DNA of 64,000 nt from Microcoleus sp. GTDB lineage: Bacteria; Cyanobacteriota; Cyanobacteriia; Cyanobacteriales; Microcoleaceae. Each line of letters opens with the position of its first letter. Positions within the stretch are counted from its first letter, which is position 1. The DNA lies in NCBI GenBank assembly GCA_042408215.1, contig JAYFMW010000028.1:256001-320000 (forward strand). Reading direction: 5' to 3'. The notes under the pieces are model-generated. The model searched no databases, was not told the origin of the DNA, and was given only the letters and a program-made list of their open reading frames with translations. Positions 1 through 11,312 of the stretch are shown here, in pieces. Made by a program: the position numbers and the translations under genes.

Positions 1-281
1 TCGGCCCCCTTTACTTCCAAAAATTAGGCAGCCAGCCAAATGTTGCCAGCAAAATTACTGAGTCTGCTAGAGAGCAAGCCAGCTAATTCTCGGTAGTTGT
101 CCCGCCGGTCGGTTTTTTCGGTGATTTACCTCCAGGGCGAGGGCAAAATTTTACCCAGGGATAAAAAAAATCGGCCCAAATTTTCGGGTTTTGGGATTGA
201 CTTCTTGATATTTGTATGATACCATTAGATAATGGAAATATTGACATTTTTAGGCACAAGTAGTCATACTCCCATTATCTA

Positions 282-310
282 ATTATACAGTCAAGAGCCA
301 AAAAAAGCAA
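282..310 (-). promoter_or_regulatory. Putative sigma70 promoter pointing out of the left edge of the window
   Basis: Minus strand reads TTGCTT-17 bp-TATAAT, with A/T tracts upstream. The target gene lies outside the window. Confidence 0.45.
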
Positions 311-787
311 GGGCTAACCCTCAAAAAAAACCCAAATTTTTTTTTCTCCCTTTAACAATTTTTAACCCAATTGTCTAATTTTCGCCTTAAAGACAGCGCT
401 CGACCTGGAACTCAAAGGAAGCAGACTATTGAATGTGCGTGACTCCAAAGCAAGCTCGACTAATTTGGCATCCCATCGAGGCCCAGTCGGCTCTCAAATT
501 TCCCAGAGAAGGACAGTCGGAGCCGGTGAAAGCGCCCGCACATTCTGCTAAAGTTTAGGCTACGAGCAGACAAAAAATCAACCCCAGGCAAGATTTATGA
601 CCAACAGTTTTCTGATAGACTCTCTTAGAGCTTATAATTAGTACAAGAATATTTACATAGATCAAAAAGTTCTTAATGAACCTGAGAATCCTTAATGAAG
701 CTTAAAATTAGTAAATTGTTCGTTAAAGTTACCTGGAACCCCCAGAAGGCTGTAGGCTGCCCCATTTGGTTAGCGGTGAGATAAATA

Positions 788-1528
788 ATGATGCCTCGGA
801 TACTTGTTATTGATGATGACGCGGCGATCGCCGAACTCGTAGCCATCAACCTAGAAATGGCTGGGTACGAAGTAACCCATGCAGAAGACGGCATCAAAGG
901 TCAGGCACTAGCCATACAAATGCTCCCCGACCTGATCGTCCTAGACCTGATGCTGCCTAGAGTAGACGGATTCACAGTGTGTCAGCGCTTGCGGCGAGAC
1001 GATCGCACAGCAGACATTCCCGTCTTGATGTTGACAGCCTTAAGTCAAACTCAAGACAAAGTAGAAGGCTTCAACTCCGGCGCCGACGACTACCTGACCA
1101 AACCCTTTGAACTAGAAGAGATGCTGGCGCGAGTGCGAGCCCTACTGAGGCGCACAGACCGCATCCCCCAAGCCGCCAAACACTCAGAAATCCTGAATTA
1201 TGGCCCGCTGACCCTTGTCCCCGAAAGGTTTGAAGCCGTTTGGTACGTTAAGACAGTCAAACTGACCCACCTAGAGTTCGAGTTGCTCCACTGCTTGCTC
1301 CAGCGTCACGGTCAAACAGTCTCTCCCAGCGAAATTCTCAAAGAAGTCTGGGGCTACGACCCTGACGACGACATCGAAACAATTCGCGTACACATCAGAC
1401 ACCTGAGAACCAAGATGGAACCCGATCCCCGCCATCCTCGGTACATCAAAACCGTATACGGGGCCGGTTATTGTCTGGAGTTACCCAGCAACGAGCAAGT
1501 AGCCGAGGAAAGCAAATCATCTGCTTGA
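788..1528 (+). CDS. rpaA: OmpR-family response regulator RpaA (circadian output regulator)
   Basis: Receiver domain (ILVIDDD, DLMLP, KPF) plus winged helix. The segments [30 protein letters not shown] and [20 protein letters not shown] are characteristic of RpaA. The start may be 791. Confidence 0.93.
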   Translation: MMPRILVIDDDAAIAELVAINLEMAGYEVTHAEDGIKGQALAIQMLPDLIVLDLMLPRVDGFTVCQRLRRDDRTADIPVLMLTALSQTQDKVEGFNSGADDYLTKPFELEEMLARVRALLRRTDRIPQAAKHSEILNYGPLTLVPERFEAVWYVKTVKLTHLEFELLHCLLQRHGQTVSPSEILKEVWGYDPDDDIETIRVHIRHLRTKMEPDPRHPRYIKTVYGAGYCLELPSNEQVAEESKSSA

Positions 1529-1568
1529 ACTAGGACGCCAGATGCAACAAGCAGTTACGAATCTAGCT

Positions 1569-1603
1569 AAAAAAGCCTGGGAACACTTGCTCTCAGGCTT
1601 TTG
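1569..1603 (+). terminator. Intrinsic terminator after rpaA (possibly bidirectional)
   Basis: AAAAAAGCCTGGG...CTCAGGCTTTT hairpin flanked by A and T tracts. Confidence 0.6.
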
Positions 1604-1657
1604 ATTTGAAATATCCACGCCTGATTCAACTCCGAAAATTGTCGATCATCTATATCA

Positions 1658-1853
1658 TTGACACTCCCCGGTCTAAAGACGCGGGGATGCTTAAGGATAA
1701 TTTTTGGGGGATGAATCCACCCAAATCTTGATGCTTAAAGGGTTTGTCAATAACCCACTACCCACTCGCCCATTGCTGAGTCTATGGCTACTTGTGGTAG
1801 GCATTTGCTTCCCAGACCTGCTTCTGTGTATCCATCCCACATTTTTATGGTAA
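1658..1853 (-). mobile_element. Non-autonomous IS200/IS605 mini-element 1 (no ORF)
   Basis: Minus strand starts TTACCATAAAAATG and ends in a right-end hairpin GCATCCCCGCGTCTTTAGACCGGGGAGTGTCAA. Confidence 0.6.
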
Positions 1854-1875
1854 CAGAATGTGGTTTGTGTCTTGC

Positions 1876-2265
1876 TTGACACTCCTCGACCTGAAGGTAC
1901 GAGGATTCTTGGCTCACCGAGACCACTTAAACTAGATTACTTGCAGTCTCTAGCAAGCGAGGTGGGACTCTCCCCAAGCGTTAATTCGGGTATGCCCTAC
2001 CCTATTTGCTTTTGGGCAAGTCCTGTTTCAGTTTGAAGCAAATTCGCTTCAAATGCCGATCGCCCGTGCTCCTCTGAATCTTTTACCTACTGCGAGGTGG
2101 GGTCTAGAAAAATGCAGTAGAACCGCTTAGATTCAATTTTCAAGGTTCAGCGCTTTGTCTTTCGACAGCTAGGTTTTTAGAGTGGTTGATTACCTTTCTA
2201 CTACTACAAGCATACAGCAAAGCCGATGCTCAAATCACGGGGTTTTAGACCCATTTTTATGATAA
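1876..2265 (-). mobile_element. Non-autonomous IS200/IS605 mini-element 2, retaining a tnpB 3' tail / omegaRNA-like region
   Basis: Minus strand starts TTATCATAAAAATGGGTCTAAAACCCCG. It contains GTAGGGCATACCCGAATTAACGCTTGGGGAGAG (VGHTRINAWGE, like TnpB C-termini) and ends GAATCCTCGTACCTTCAGGTCGAGGAGTGTCAA. Confidence 0.7.
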
Positions 2266-2336
2266 GCCCCTCAAGCTTTTGACATCCTCCCGCCACTCAC
2301 CTGAGTACAGGTAGAGTGGGGGATTCCTAAACATCG

Positions 2337-3509
2337 CTATTTAGGTTTCTGCTTCAAAGCACCTGGCTTCGGAGATTTATGCTCTTCGGCTCTTACGGTT
2401 GCTCCACAGACTGACACGGCAAGCCCTGCCGCCAAAATATTCTTACTGGCATTGATATCACGGTCATGGTTAATCCCACACCTAGGACATTCCCACTCTC
2501 TAATATTCAATGGCAGTTTATCGATAATATGCCCACAGTTTCCGCATCTTTTAGAGCTTGGGAACCAGCGGTCAATTTTAATCAGTTCTCGCCCATACCA
2601 CTGGCATTTATAGGCAAGTTTTCGCATCAATTCGCCCCAACTAGCATCGCTAATCGACAGAGCAAGTTTATGGTTTTTGACCATATTTTTGATAGCCAAG
2701 TCTTCAACTACGATCGTTTGGTTTTCACGAACCAGTTGAGTTGTCAGCTTCTGCAAAAAATCTTTCCTAGCATCGGTTATTTGCGCGTGGACTTGAGCCA
2801 CTTGCACCCGTGCCTTGTGTCGATTATTACTCCCTTTTTGCTTGCGAGAAAGTGCTTTCTGCACCCGTCTCAACTTCTTGCGGAGTTGTTTAAAATGTTT
2901 GGGGTTAGCAATCTTATCCCCGTTACTGGTAGCTATCAGGCTAGTTATCCCTACGTCCAATCCGATAGATTTATCGGATTTTGGCAGTTGGGCAATATTA
3001 GTATCTACCAGCAAGGATACAAACCAACGACCACTAGCATCAAGTTTGACGGTAATAGTAGACGGTGTACATCCTTCAGGAATTGGTCTACTCCATTGAA
3101 TCGGCAAGGCTTCGGTACATTTAGCCAGAAATACTTGTCCGTCTTTCCACCGGAAAGCAGACTTAGTAAATTCCGCACTACCGCCATGATGCTTCTTTTT
3201 AAAGTTGGGGTATTTAGCGCGTCCAGCCCAAAAGTTACTGAACGCTTTTTGAAGGTGTCTCAGTCCTTGTTGGAGCGGTACACAACTAACTTCGTTCAGA
3301 AACTTAAGATTTTCCTCTTGTTTCCAACTTGTTAGCATGGAGGAACTTTCGTTATACCCGATTCGCTCTTGTCTTTCGTACCAAGCCTCGGTTCGAGCCG
3401 CTAAAGCTTTGTTGTACACTAGCCGAACACAGCCAATCGTCCGCCGCAAGAGACTTTCTTGCTTGGATGTGGGGAATACTCGGTAGCGATAGGCTTTTTC
3501 CATATTCAC
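2337..3509 (-). CDS. tnpB: RNA-guided endonuclease TnpB (IS200/IS605 family)
   Basis: N-terminal HTH (AYRYRVFPT), RuvC-I GLDVG, RuvC-II VVEDL, Zn finger CGNC..CPRC, RuvC-III DRDINA. The catalytic D-E-D is intact. Likely start is ATG 3503. Confidence 0.95.
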   Translation of the reverse strand: MNMEKAYRYRVFPTSKQESLLRRTIGCVRLVYNKALAARTEAWYERQERIGYNESSSMLTSWKQEENLKFLNEVSCVPLQQGLRHLQKAFSNFWAGRAKYPNFKKKHHGGSAEFTKSAFRWKDGQVFLAKCTEALPIQWSRPIPEGCTPSTITVKLDASGRWFVSLLVDTNIAQLPKSDKSIGLDVGITSLIATSNGDKIANPKHFKQLRKKLRRVQKALSRKQKGSNNRHKARVQVAQVHAQITDARKDFLQKLTTQLVRENQTIVVEDLAIKNMVKNHKLALSISDASWGELMRKLAYKCQWYGRELIKIDRWFPSSKRCGNCGHIIDKLPLNIREWECPRCGINHDRDINASKNILAAGLAVSVCGATVRAEEHKSPKPGALKQKPK

Positions 3510-3552
3510 ATTCTAACATATTATTTGTGAGGTTCATAAAAAAAGTTCGGTA

Positions 3553-3761
3553 AGTGGGAAACTCAGAGGCTTTAGCCCTGAGAGGGAAACGACGCGGGTG
3601 GTTTTAACCACCGTGAATCTTCAATATGTGCTATAATTGAGGAAAGTAAGCACAACCTGGATTTCCAGCGAGTGTCTAAAGGCTTTAAGGCTCACGCCGT
3701 TGCGCTCCATAGTTCGCCTAATCCTCAAGAATCTCAGTGTCTTTAGACCTGAGAGTGTCAA
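3553..3761 (+). mobile_element. Non-autonomous IS200/IS605 mini-element nested in the tnpB leader, in the opposite orientation
   Basis: Left hairpins AACTCAGAGGCTTTAGCCCTGAGAG and CGCGGGTGGTTTTAACCACCGTG. The matching right-end hairpin is GAATCTCAGTGTCTTTAGACCTGAGAGTGTCAA. Confidence 0.65.
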
Positions 3762-4083
3762 AGTGCAAGCCAAAGATTTGTTCGCGAACTCATCCACCCC
3801 TACGCGGTTGAGAGCTTCGCTTGTCAATTTACTTGGGGTGGAATCGTCCGCTCATCCCCATTCCTCCCACCGCCAAGCTGAGTACAGCTATGGCGGGGGT
3901 CTCCTGGGGGTTTAGATGACTCAATTGACATCTTTCTCAACAGGTAACTCGCCGTGACAACCCAGGCAAAAAAATCCTTCCCAGCCGAAGCAGCATCTTT
4001 TCCCTGCTGCGCCGGCAACGCCCGCTTAATGAATCTTTCCGGCCGCCATTTAAGCAGTGCCTGTGAGTGCCAGCCCTTCTGAC

Positions 4084-4935
4084 TCAAGCAACCTCAGAAT
4101 CACTACGTTGATGTTCCATGCGAAATACATTAGCGTACAAACTAGCCACAATCTGTTTGCCTTCCTGAGTTAACTGTAAGTAGCCGAGAGATTCGCTGAT
4201 GTGCGGATAAATACCGCTCCAGTAAAACTTCGAGTAGCTTTGCAGCAAGTCGCCCGGATGTCGGCAGCCCAAAACTTTAGTAGCACCGCTTTCTTCCAAC
4301 TCGTAAAACAGCGCGCCAATTTTCTGTAAATATTGCGGGTTGCTAAGCTGACCTATCAAGTCAGCACCGCGAACTAAACTAGAATAATTAACTGCATCTT
4401 CATGAGTGTTGCTATCTAGCACCGAGAAACGAGTCTGTTCTATATTTTCCTTAATTATTTCAGCATTAATTAGCTTGTGGTTCCCAAAGCGCTCATCAAT
4501 GAAAAGTTTAGCTCTGTCCACTCGGTAAGGAGCTAGGCTGGCTGCTGTTGCACCCGGAGAAAGTGCAATTTTCATGCCATCTTTTCCCGTAGCATACAAT
4601 CTTTCTGCTTGTTGGTCTTGTCGGCAAACTCCTTTGACATATCCGATATCTTGGCACAGCAAAGATATGATGAAGTGCAGCCAATTTTCGCAGGATACTC
4701 CGCCCTTGCGAATGTGTTTTCCCCGCAAGATTTCTTGACCGACTAAGGTAATACAAATCGCGTGTTCTACATTGTGATACAGAGCGTCGCTGCTGGCGAT
4801 ATTTTCTAACGCCATTGCCCCTACCCAGGCAATAATGTCGGCATAATCTGATTTGTATCCTCCGTAAGTGCGACTGTACCCATTCTCAAGTTGTTGAATG
4901 AAAGCCTCGATCAGCAGTTCAGTAGAATTAAACAT
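4084..4935 (-). CDS. Npun_R2479-like HD-domain metalloprotein (HD motif appears degenerate)
   Basis: YHNVEH, LLC(Q)DIGYVKG and ADLIGQL motifs typical of this cyanobacterial HD family. Confidence 0.8.
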   Translation of the reverse strand: MFNSTELLIEAFIQQLENGYSRTYGGYKSDYADIIAWVGAMALENIASSDALYHNVEHAICITLVGQEILRGKHIRKGGVSCENWLHFIISLLCQDIGYVKGVCRQDQQAERLYATGKDGMKIALSPGATAASLAPYRVDRAKLFIDERFGNHKLINAEIIKENIEQTRFSVLDSNTHEDAVNYSSLVRGADLIGQLSNPQYLQKIGALFYELEESGATKVLGCRHPGDLLQSYSKFYWSGIYPHISESLGYLQLTQEGKQIVASLYANVFRMEHQRSDSEVA

Positions 4936-5706
4936 ACCCCGTCCTTTTACCTTGAAAACACCTTTAAATAATTGGGATTTTTTTTTACATCCCTCTAATT
5001 ATATTAAGGGGATTTTCACTCAAAACTCAAAAAATCCTAGCAAGTCAGTCCATGACGGACAGCCTTCCCAGGCGCACTGCATACATTGGTCTGCTGACAA
5101 TTTTTAGCTCCTCCTGTGAATCGATCAACTTTTGACAATAAATTGCCTATGGAATCTGGTGGAACTGAGATCGATCTTACCGGATTTCCAAATATTCAAG
5201 TATACTTCGGAAAATGTATATTCAGGAATCCAAGCTGCGGTTCTCATCTGCGGTCAACTCAATCTATATTTCTGATGATCTGGCAATTTTAGATCGTCAG
5301 ATGTGATCTCGATCGACCCAATACTGTGATGCAACCCCCCGCTACCGTTGACGCGCCTCTCCCCAAAATTGTGAGGCGATCGACAGTTGGAGGTGGCGAG
5401 CGCTGGCTATCACTGCTGTGGCTGCTGTGGCACCGACAGCGGTTAAATTATGCAATCAGCGCCAAAACTCGTTGTTGATGACCGCGAAAACTTTCAGGAA
5501 CAAGCCAGGGGAAAAAGTTCGATCGCCCCCCCTCATTCCTAATTCCTTGCCAAAGAAGGTCGAGTCATGTACAATATAGAGTCTGGTATCCTCACTTTTC
5601 CATAATTTTTGCCAAAATCCCGTCCCCGTAGAGGGGAAGGGACTTTCAGCGCGGATGCCGCCAGCTCACTCTATTATTCAGCAAAAAGCTAGAAATGCCG
5701 TAACTC

Positions 5707-6087
5707 ATGCCCACTATTCAGCAACTCATTCGTTCAGCACGGGAACAAACGCAGAAAAAAACCAAATCGCCAGCTCTCAAGAGTTGCCCCCAGCGCCGCG
5801 GAGTTTGCACCAGAGTGTACACAACCACCCCGAAAAAACCTAACTCGGCGCTGCGGAAAGTGGCGCGGGTGCGGCTGACCTCTGGATTTGAAGTGACAGC
5901 CTACATCCCAGGCATCGGTCACAACTTGCAAGAACACTCGGTAGTAATGATCCGTGGTGGCCGGGTAAAAGATTTGCCGGGAGTTAGATACCACATCATT
6001 CGCGGTACATTAGACACGGCCGGGGTGAAAGACCGCAAGCAAGGCCGTTCTAAATACGGGGCTAAGCGTCCCAAAGCGAAGAAATAA
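5707..6087 (+). CDS. rpsL: 30S ribosomal protein S12
   Basis: MPTIQQLIR...[10 protein letters not shown]...[11 protein letters not shown]. Confidence 0.99.
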   Translation: MPTIQQLIRSAREQTQKKTKSPALKSCPQRRGVCTRVYTTTPKKPNSALRKVARVRLTSGFEVTAYIPGIGHNLQEHSVVMIRGGRVKDLPGVRYHIIRGTLDTAGVKDRKQGRSKYGAKRPKAKK

Positions 6088-6226
6088 AACGGAACTCGCA
6101 CTTGCTTTCGGGGTTTGGGAGCAAAAATAATTGGCGATCGCCCGTTGATAGCCAGTTAATAGTCGATCGATAGCTAACAAAAACCCCAAACTCAATCATT
6201 CAAAATCAAAAATCCCAAATAGAACT

Positions 6227-6697
6227 ATGTCTCGCCGCACAGTTATTCAAAAACGTCCAGTCCCCCCAGATCCCACCTACAACAGCCGGTTGGTGAGCAT
6301 GATGGTGAGACGGATCATGCAGCACGGCAAAAAATCCGTGGCATCCAGCATCGTCTACGACGCCCTCAAAACCATCCAAGAACGGACAGGAGCCGAACCG
6401 TTAGACTTGTTTGAAAAAGCAGTCAAAAACGCTACACCCCTAGTCGAAGTCAAAGCCCGCCGAGTGGGTGGCGCTACCTACCAAGTGCCAATGGAAGTGC
6501 GTTCCGATCGCGGAACTACCCTCGCCCTCCGCTGGCTGATCAGATTTGCCAGAGCCAGAACCGGTCGCTCAATGGCCGCCAAGCTGGCCAACGAACTGAT
6601 GGATGCAGCCAATGAAACAGGCAGTGCCATTCGCAAGCGCGAAGAAACCCACCGTATGGCCGAAGCCAACAAGGCCTTCGCCCACTACCGATACTAA
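6227..6697 (+). CDS. rpsG: 30S ribosomal protein S7
   Basis: [11 protein letters not shown]...[13 protein letters not shown]. Confidence 0.99.
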   Translation: MSRRTVIQKRPVPPDPTYNSRLVSMMVRRIMQHGKKSVASSIVYDALKTIQERTGAEPLDLFEKAVKNATPLVEVKARRVGGATYQVPMEVRSDRGTTLALRWLIRFARARTGRSMAAKLANELMDAANETGSAIRKREETHRMAEANKAFAHYRY

Positions 6698-7031
6698 TCG
6701 CCAAATCGGGTAGGTCAAATTGGACGACTCTGTGGTATGAGAGCATTGGGCGAGAGATTGAACAGTGTAAGTTTTGAGTATTGAGATTGCTTCCCCCGGC
6801 GCTGGGCTGCGAGCAATGAAGCAAACTCAACACTCGAAAACTCAAAATTCAAAACTCTCTTAATCCTCCATGTCACATCCTTAATATTTTTGTAAACAAA
6901 TCTTGCAAAAAATATTAAAATGTAACAATAAGCTCCATATACTTATGTTGTCAGTCCGTCGCGACTACAAAATAGGGTTTCTGTGTAGTATAATTGTATT
7001 ATAACAGCAGAGAAAACTCAAGGAGGTAGCT

Positions 7032-9104
7032 GTGGCACGTACCGTCCCGCTAGAAAAAACCCGCAACATCGGCATCGCAGCCCACATAGATGCGGGCAAA
7101 ACAACGACAACTGAAAGAATTCTGTTCTATTCAGGCATGGTTCACAAAATGGGTGAAGTGCATGAAGGAACAGCAGTCACCGATTGGATGGAGCAAGAGC
7201 GGGAGCGGGGAATTACGATTACTGCCGCCGCTATCACCACCAGTTGGAAAGATTACAAAATCAACATCATCGACACTCCCGGACACGTAGACTTCACGAT
7301 CGAAGTCGAACGCTCCATGCGAGTGCTAGATGGAGTGATCGCAGTATTCTGCTCGGTAGGCGGAGTTCAGCCACAATCGGAAACTGTTTGGCGACAAGCC
7401 GATCGGTACAAAGTACCTCGGATTGTGTTCGTCAACAAAATGGATCGGATGGGTGCAAACTTCTACAAAGTCTACGGTCAAATTCGCGATCGAATGAGAG
7501 CGAACGCCGTACCCATCCAAATTCCGATCGGCAGCGAAGAAAACTTCCGGGGAATTGTAGACATAGTGCAAATGAAAGCCTATATCTACAACAACGACAC
7601 CGGCACCGAGATCCTTGAAGTAGAAATCCCCGATGAAGTCAAAGAGCTAGCCGCCGAATACCGCACCAAGCTGATCGAGTCCGTAGCAGAAACCAGCGAC
7701 GCCCTCACCGAGAAATACCTTGAAGGCCAAGAGTTGACGGAAGACGAAATTCGCACCGCCCTACGCCACGGTACGGTCGAAGGCACGATCGTCCCCATGC
7801 TGTGCGGTTCGGCCTTCAAAAACAAAGGCGTTCAGTTGTTGTTGGATGCAGTCATCGACTATCTGCCTTCGCCCTTGGAGGTTCCTGCAATTCAAGGACT
7901 CCTGCCCAACGGCGACACAGCAGATCGACACGCAGACGACAGCGCCCCCCTGTCAGCCTTGGCCTTCAAAATCATGGCAGACCCCTACGGTCGCCTGACC
8001 TTTGTTCGGGTCTACTCCGGTATCCTCAAAAAAGGTACTTACGTCCTCAACTCCACCAAAGACAAAAAAGAGCGGGTTTCTCGCCTAATTGTGCTCAAAG
8101 CGGACGATCGGATAGAAGTAGACGAACTCCGGGCCGGAGACTTGGGAGCAGTTTTGGGTCTGAAAGACACCTTCACAGGGGACACCCTCTGCGACGAAAC
8201 AGCACCAGTGATTCTGGAATCCCTGTTTATTCCAGAGCCAGTCATCTCGGTGGCGGTGGAACCCAAAACCAAACAAGACATGGAGAAGCTCTCCAAAGCC
8301 CTCCAGTCCCTCTCGGAAGAAGACCCGACTTTTCGAGTCAACGTTGACCCGGAAACCAACCAGACAATCATCGCCGGCATGGGCGAACTTCACCTAGAAA
8401 TCCTCGTAGACAGAATGCTGCGGGAATTCAAAGTAGAAGCCAACGTCGGTCAGCCACAAGTAGCCTACCGCGAAACAATTCGCAAAGCCGTCCGCGCCGA
8501 AGGTAAATTTATCCGCCAAAGCGGCGGTAAAGGTCAGTACGGTCACGTCGTGATCGAACTCGAACCAACAGAAGTAGGAACAGGCTTTGAATTTGTCTCC
8601 AAAATTGTCGGCGGCACAGTACCCAAAGAGTACATCAGCCCGGCAGGACAAGGGATGAAAGAAGCCTGCGAATCAGGTATTCTAGCAGGATATCCCGTGA
8701 TTGACCTTAGAGCTACTATGGTAGACGGGTCTTTCCACGATGTAGACTCCTCAGAAATGGCATTTAAGATCGCCGGCTCAATGGCGATCAAAGAAGCCGT
8801 GATGAAGGCAACGCCTGTGCTGCTAGAGCCTATGATGAAAGTAGAGGTGGAAGTTCCCGAAGATTATATCGGGAACGTCATCGGCGACCTCAACTCTCGT
8901 CGGGGTCATATTGAGGGTCAAGAGACGGATCAGGGAATTGCCAAAGTTTCTGTAAAAGTTCCACTCGCAGAAATGTTTGGTTACGCTACCGACATCCGCT
9001 CGAAAACCCAAGGTAGAGGCATCTTCACAATGGAATTCAGCCATTACGAAGAAGTGCCGCGAAATGTGGCTGAAGCCATCATCGCTAAGAACAAAGGGAA
9101 CTAA
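7032..9104 (+). CDS. fusA: Elongation factor G
   Basis: [14 protein letters not shown] and NKMD motifs; AGGAGG Shine-Dalgarno before the GTG start; expected position in the str operon. Confidence 0.99.
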   Translation: MARTVPLEKTRNIGIAAHIDAGKTTTTERILFYSGMVHKMGEVHEGTAVTDWMEQERERGITITAAAITTSWKDYKINIIDTPGHVDFTIEVERSMRVLDGVIAVFCSVGGVQPQSETVWRQADRYKVPRIVFVNKMDRMGANFYKVYGQIRDRMRANAVPIQIPIGSEENFRGIVDIVQMKAYIYNNDTGTEILEVEIPDEVKELAAEYRTKLIESVAETSDALTEKYLEGQELTEDEIRTALRHGTVEGTIVPMLCGSAFKNKGVQLLLDAVIDYLPSPLEVPAIQGLLPNGDTADRHADDSAPLSALAFKIMADPYGRLTFVRVYSGILKKGTYVLNSTKDKKERVSRLIVLKADDRIEVDELRAGDLGAVLGLKDTFTGDTLCDETAPVILESLFIPEPVISVAVEPKTKQDMEKLSKALQSLSEEDPTFRVNVDPETNQTIIAGMGELHLEILVDRMLREFKVEANVGQPQVAYRETIRKAVRAEGKFIRQSGGKGQYGHVVIELEPTEVGTGFEFVSKIVGGTVPKEYISPAGQGMKEACESGILAGYPVIDLRATMVDGSFHDVDSSEMAFKIAGSMAIKEAVMKATPVLLEPMMKVEVEVPEDYIGNVIGDLNSRRGHIEGQETDQGIAKVSVKVPLAEMFGYATDIRSKTQGRGIFTMEFSHYEEVPRNVAEAIIAKNKGN

Positions 9105-9205
9105 TGATTTTAGATTTTAGATTTTGGATTTTGGATTGAATCCAAAATCGAGAATCTAAAATCTCAAGTCTAAAATCGCTAAAAAAAACAAGGAACAGAT
9201 CGAGA

Positions 9206-10435
9206 ATGGCACGCGCAAAATTTGAACGGAATAAACCCCACGTAAACATCGGCACCATCGGTCACGTTGACCACGGCAAAACAACTTTGACCGCCGCGAT
9301 TACGATGACTCTTTCTGCACTAGGTCAGGCCAAGGGTAAGAAGTATGATGAAATCGATGCTGCGCCTGAAGAAAAAGCGCGGGGTATTACGATTAATACG
9401 GCTCACGTTGAGTACGAAACCACAGCTCGGCACTATGCCCACGTTGATTGCCCCGGACACGCTGACTATGTGAAAAACATGATCACCGGTGCGGCTCAAA
9501 TGGACGGTGGCATCTTAGTTGTGTCAGCGGCAGACGGCCCCATGCCTCAAACTCGCGAACACATCCTGCTAGCCAAGCAAGTTGGCGTTCCTAGCTTGGT
9601 TGTTTTCTTGAACAAGGAAGACATGGTAGATGACGCAGAACTTTTGGAATTGGTGGAACTGGAAGTTCGGGAACTCCTGAGCTCTTACGATTTTCCTGGC
9701 GATGATATCCCCATCGTGACTGGTTCGGGATTGAAAGCTCTCGAAGCGATGGCTGCCAATCCCAAGGCTGTAAAGGGCGAGGATCCCTGGATTGACAAAA
9801 TTTACGCACTGATGGAAGCCGTGGATAGTTATATCCCCACTCCAGAACGTGAAATTGACAAACCCTTCTTGATGGCAGTAGAAGACGTATTCTCGATTAC
9901 TGGTCGGGGTACTGTTGCTACTGGCCGGATTGAACGTGGGAAAGTCAAGGTCGGCGAAAGCGTCGAATTGGTTGGTCTGAAGGACACTCGCAGCACTACG
10001 GTGACTGGTGTGGAAATGTTCACAAAATCTCTGGAGGAAGGCTTGGCCGGCGACAACGTGGGCTTACTGCTGCGGGGGATTTTAAAGGCGGATATTGAAC
10101 GGGGGATGGTGATTGCCAAGCCGAAGAGCATTTTGCCTCACACTCAGTTTGAATCTGAAGTGTACATCCTGAAGAAAGAAGAAGGCGGCCGGCACACACC
10201 CTTTTTCTCTGGCTATCGCCCTCAATTCTACGTCCGTACCACCGACGTGACCGGCACGATCGCAGCGTTCACGGCTGACGACGGTACTGAAGTTGAAATG
10301 GTGATGCCCGGTGACCGGATTAAAATGACTGTTGAGCTGATTCACCCGATCGCGATCGAACAAGGAATGCGCTTCGCCATCCGCGAAGGCGGACGCACCG
10401 TCGGCGCAGGCGTTGTTTCCAAAATCCTCAAGTAG
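9206..10435 (+). CDS. tuf: Elongation factor Tu
   Basis: [23 protein letters not shown]. Confidence 0.99.
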   Translation: MARAKFERNKPHVNIGTIGHVDHGKTTLTAAITMTLSALGQAKGKKYDEIDAAPEEKARGITINTAHVEYETTARHYAHVDCPGHADYVKNMITGAAQMDGGILVVSAADGPMPQTREHILLAKQVGVPSLVVFLNKEDMVDDAELLELVELEVRELLSSYDFPGDDIPIVTGSGLKALEAMAANPKAVKGEDPWIDKIYALMEAVDSYIPTPEREIDKPFLMAVEDVFSITGRGTVATGRIERGKVKVGESVELVGLKDTRSTTVTGVEMFTKSLEEGLAGDNVGLLLRGILKADIERGMVIAKPKSILPHTQFESEVYILKKEEGGRHTPFFSGYRPQFYVRTTDVTGTIAAFTADDGTEVEMVMPGDRIKMTVELIHPIAIEQGMRFAIREGGRTVGAGVVSKILK

Positions 10436-10455
10436 GACTACGCTCACAGCCTAGA

Positions 10456-10495
10456 TAGCAGAAAAGTCGCCAAATGTCAATAGGCTTTTCTGCTA
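10456..10495 (+). terminator. Stem-loop after tuf
   Basis: TAGCAGAAAAGTC...GGCTTTTCTGCTA inverted repeat. Confidence 0.5.
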
Positions 10496-10498
10496 TTT

Positions 10499-10680
10499 AG
10501 TCATCAGTCATCAGTCATCAGTCAGCAGTCATCAGTCATCAGTCAGCAGTCATCAGTCATCAGTCAGCGGTTAGTAGTTAACGATTAAATAGTGAATAAC
10601 TAATGACTAATAACTAATGACTAATAACTAATGACTAATAACTAATGACTAATAACTAATGACTAATAACTAATGACTAA
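10499..10680. repeat. STRR heptamer arrays between tuf and rpsJ
   Basis: (AGTCATC/AGTCAGC)n followed by (TAATGAC/TAATAAC)n. Confidence 0.9.
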
Positions 10681-10715
10681 AAATAAACTGAACCTAGAAA
10701 ATTAAAGAAACAAAA

Positions 10716-11033
10716 ATGGCAGCTATCCCACAACAAAAAATTCGCATTCGCCTCAAAGCTTTCGATCGCCGCATTCTAGACGCATCTTGTGAAAAGATTG
10801 TAGATACAGCAAATCGGACAGCCGCTACTGCGATCGGCCCGATTCCTTTGCCCACAAAACGGCGGATTTACTGTTTGCTGCGATCGCCCCACGTAGACAA
10901 AGATTCTCGCGAACACTTTGAAACCCGCACGCACCGCCGCATCATCGACATTCACCAGCCTTCTGCTAAAACAATTGACGCTTTGATGAAACTGGATTTG
11001 CCCGCCGGCGTAGATATCGAAGTTAAGTTGTAG
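10716..11033 (+). CDS. rpsJ: 30S ribosomal protein S10
   Basis: [10 protein letters not shown]...[14 protein letters not shown]...[13 protein letters not shown]. Confidence 0.99.
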   Translation: MAAIPQQKIRIRLKAFDRRILDASCEKIVDTANRTAATAIGPIPLPTKRRIYCLLRSPHVDKDSREHFETRTHRRIIDIHQPSAKTIDALMKLDLPAGVDIEVKL

Positions 11034-11058
11034 ATTGACTCATCGAAAACTCGGAAAG

Positions 11059-11094
11059 AAGGAACAATGGAAAAATACATTGTTCCTTTTTTTT
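11059..11094 (+). terminator. Intrinsic terminator of the str/S10 transcript
   Basis: AAGGAACAATG-loop-CATTGTTCCTT followed by a T run. Confidence 0.75.
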
Positions 11095-11101
11095 CATTCC
11101 C

Positions 11102-11200
11102 GGACGCAAGGATACTCAGAAACCGGGTTGTTTACGAAAATTCTGAGTTGTAGCCAACAGATTAGGTAAAAAACCCGGTTTCTTTGGTATGAGTGCGTCC
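11102..11200. repeat. Small inverted-repeat element (MITE-like)
   Basis: GGACGCA/TGCGTCC ends with an inner AGAAACCGGGTT/AACCCGGTTTCT stem. Confidence 0.55.
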
Positions 11201-11312
11201 ACGACTGTTTTTGATGAAAATTTGGGCGATCGAGTAGCAAAAACAAATGGGGGCAAAAGCAGATAAACCCCACTTGTGGAAGCCAGATATAGCCCAGTTT
11301 GTTTAAGCCCTA

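Larger units (their letters stand above)
2279..3915 (-). mobile_element. IS200/IS605-family (IS1341-like, tnpB-only) element
   Basis: The right-end hairpin at 2279-2327 ends GGATGTCAA. A related hairpin sharing the CTGAGTACAG core lies at ~3860-3900 and is taken as the left end (boundary approximate). No tnpA was found. Confidence 0.7.

Noticed and set aside
2466..3335. 289-aa ORF on the plus strand
   Set aside because: It is an antisense shadow of tnpB.
3637..4087. Possible tnpA or small genes (3637-3915, 3824-4087)
   Set aside because: No HUH/Y1 motifs, and the frames run through IS end hairpins.
7090..10447. Numerous alternative-frame and antisense ORFs within fusA and tuf
   Set aside because: They are shadows of strongly codon-biased genes.
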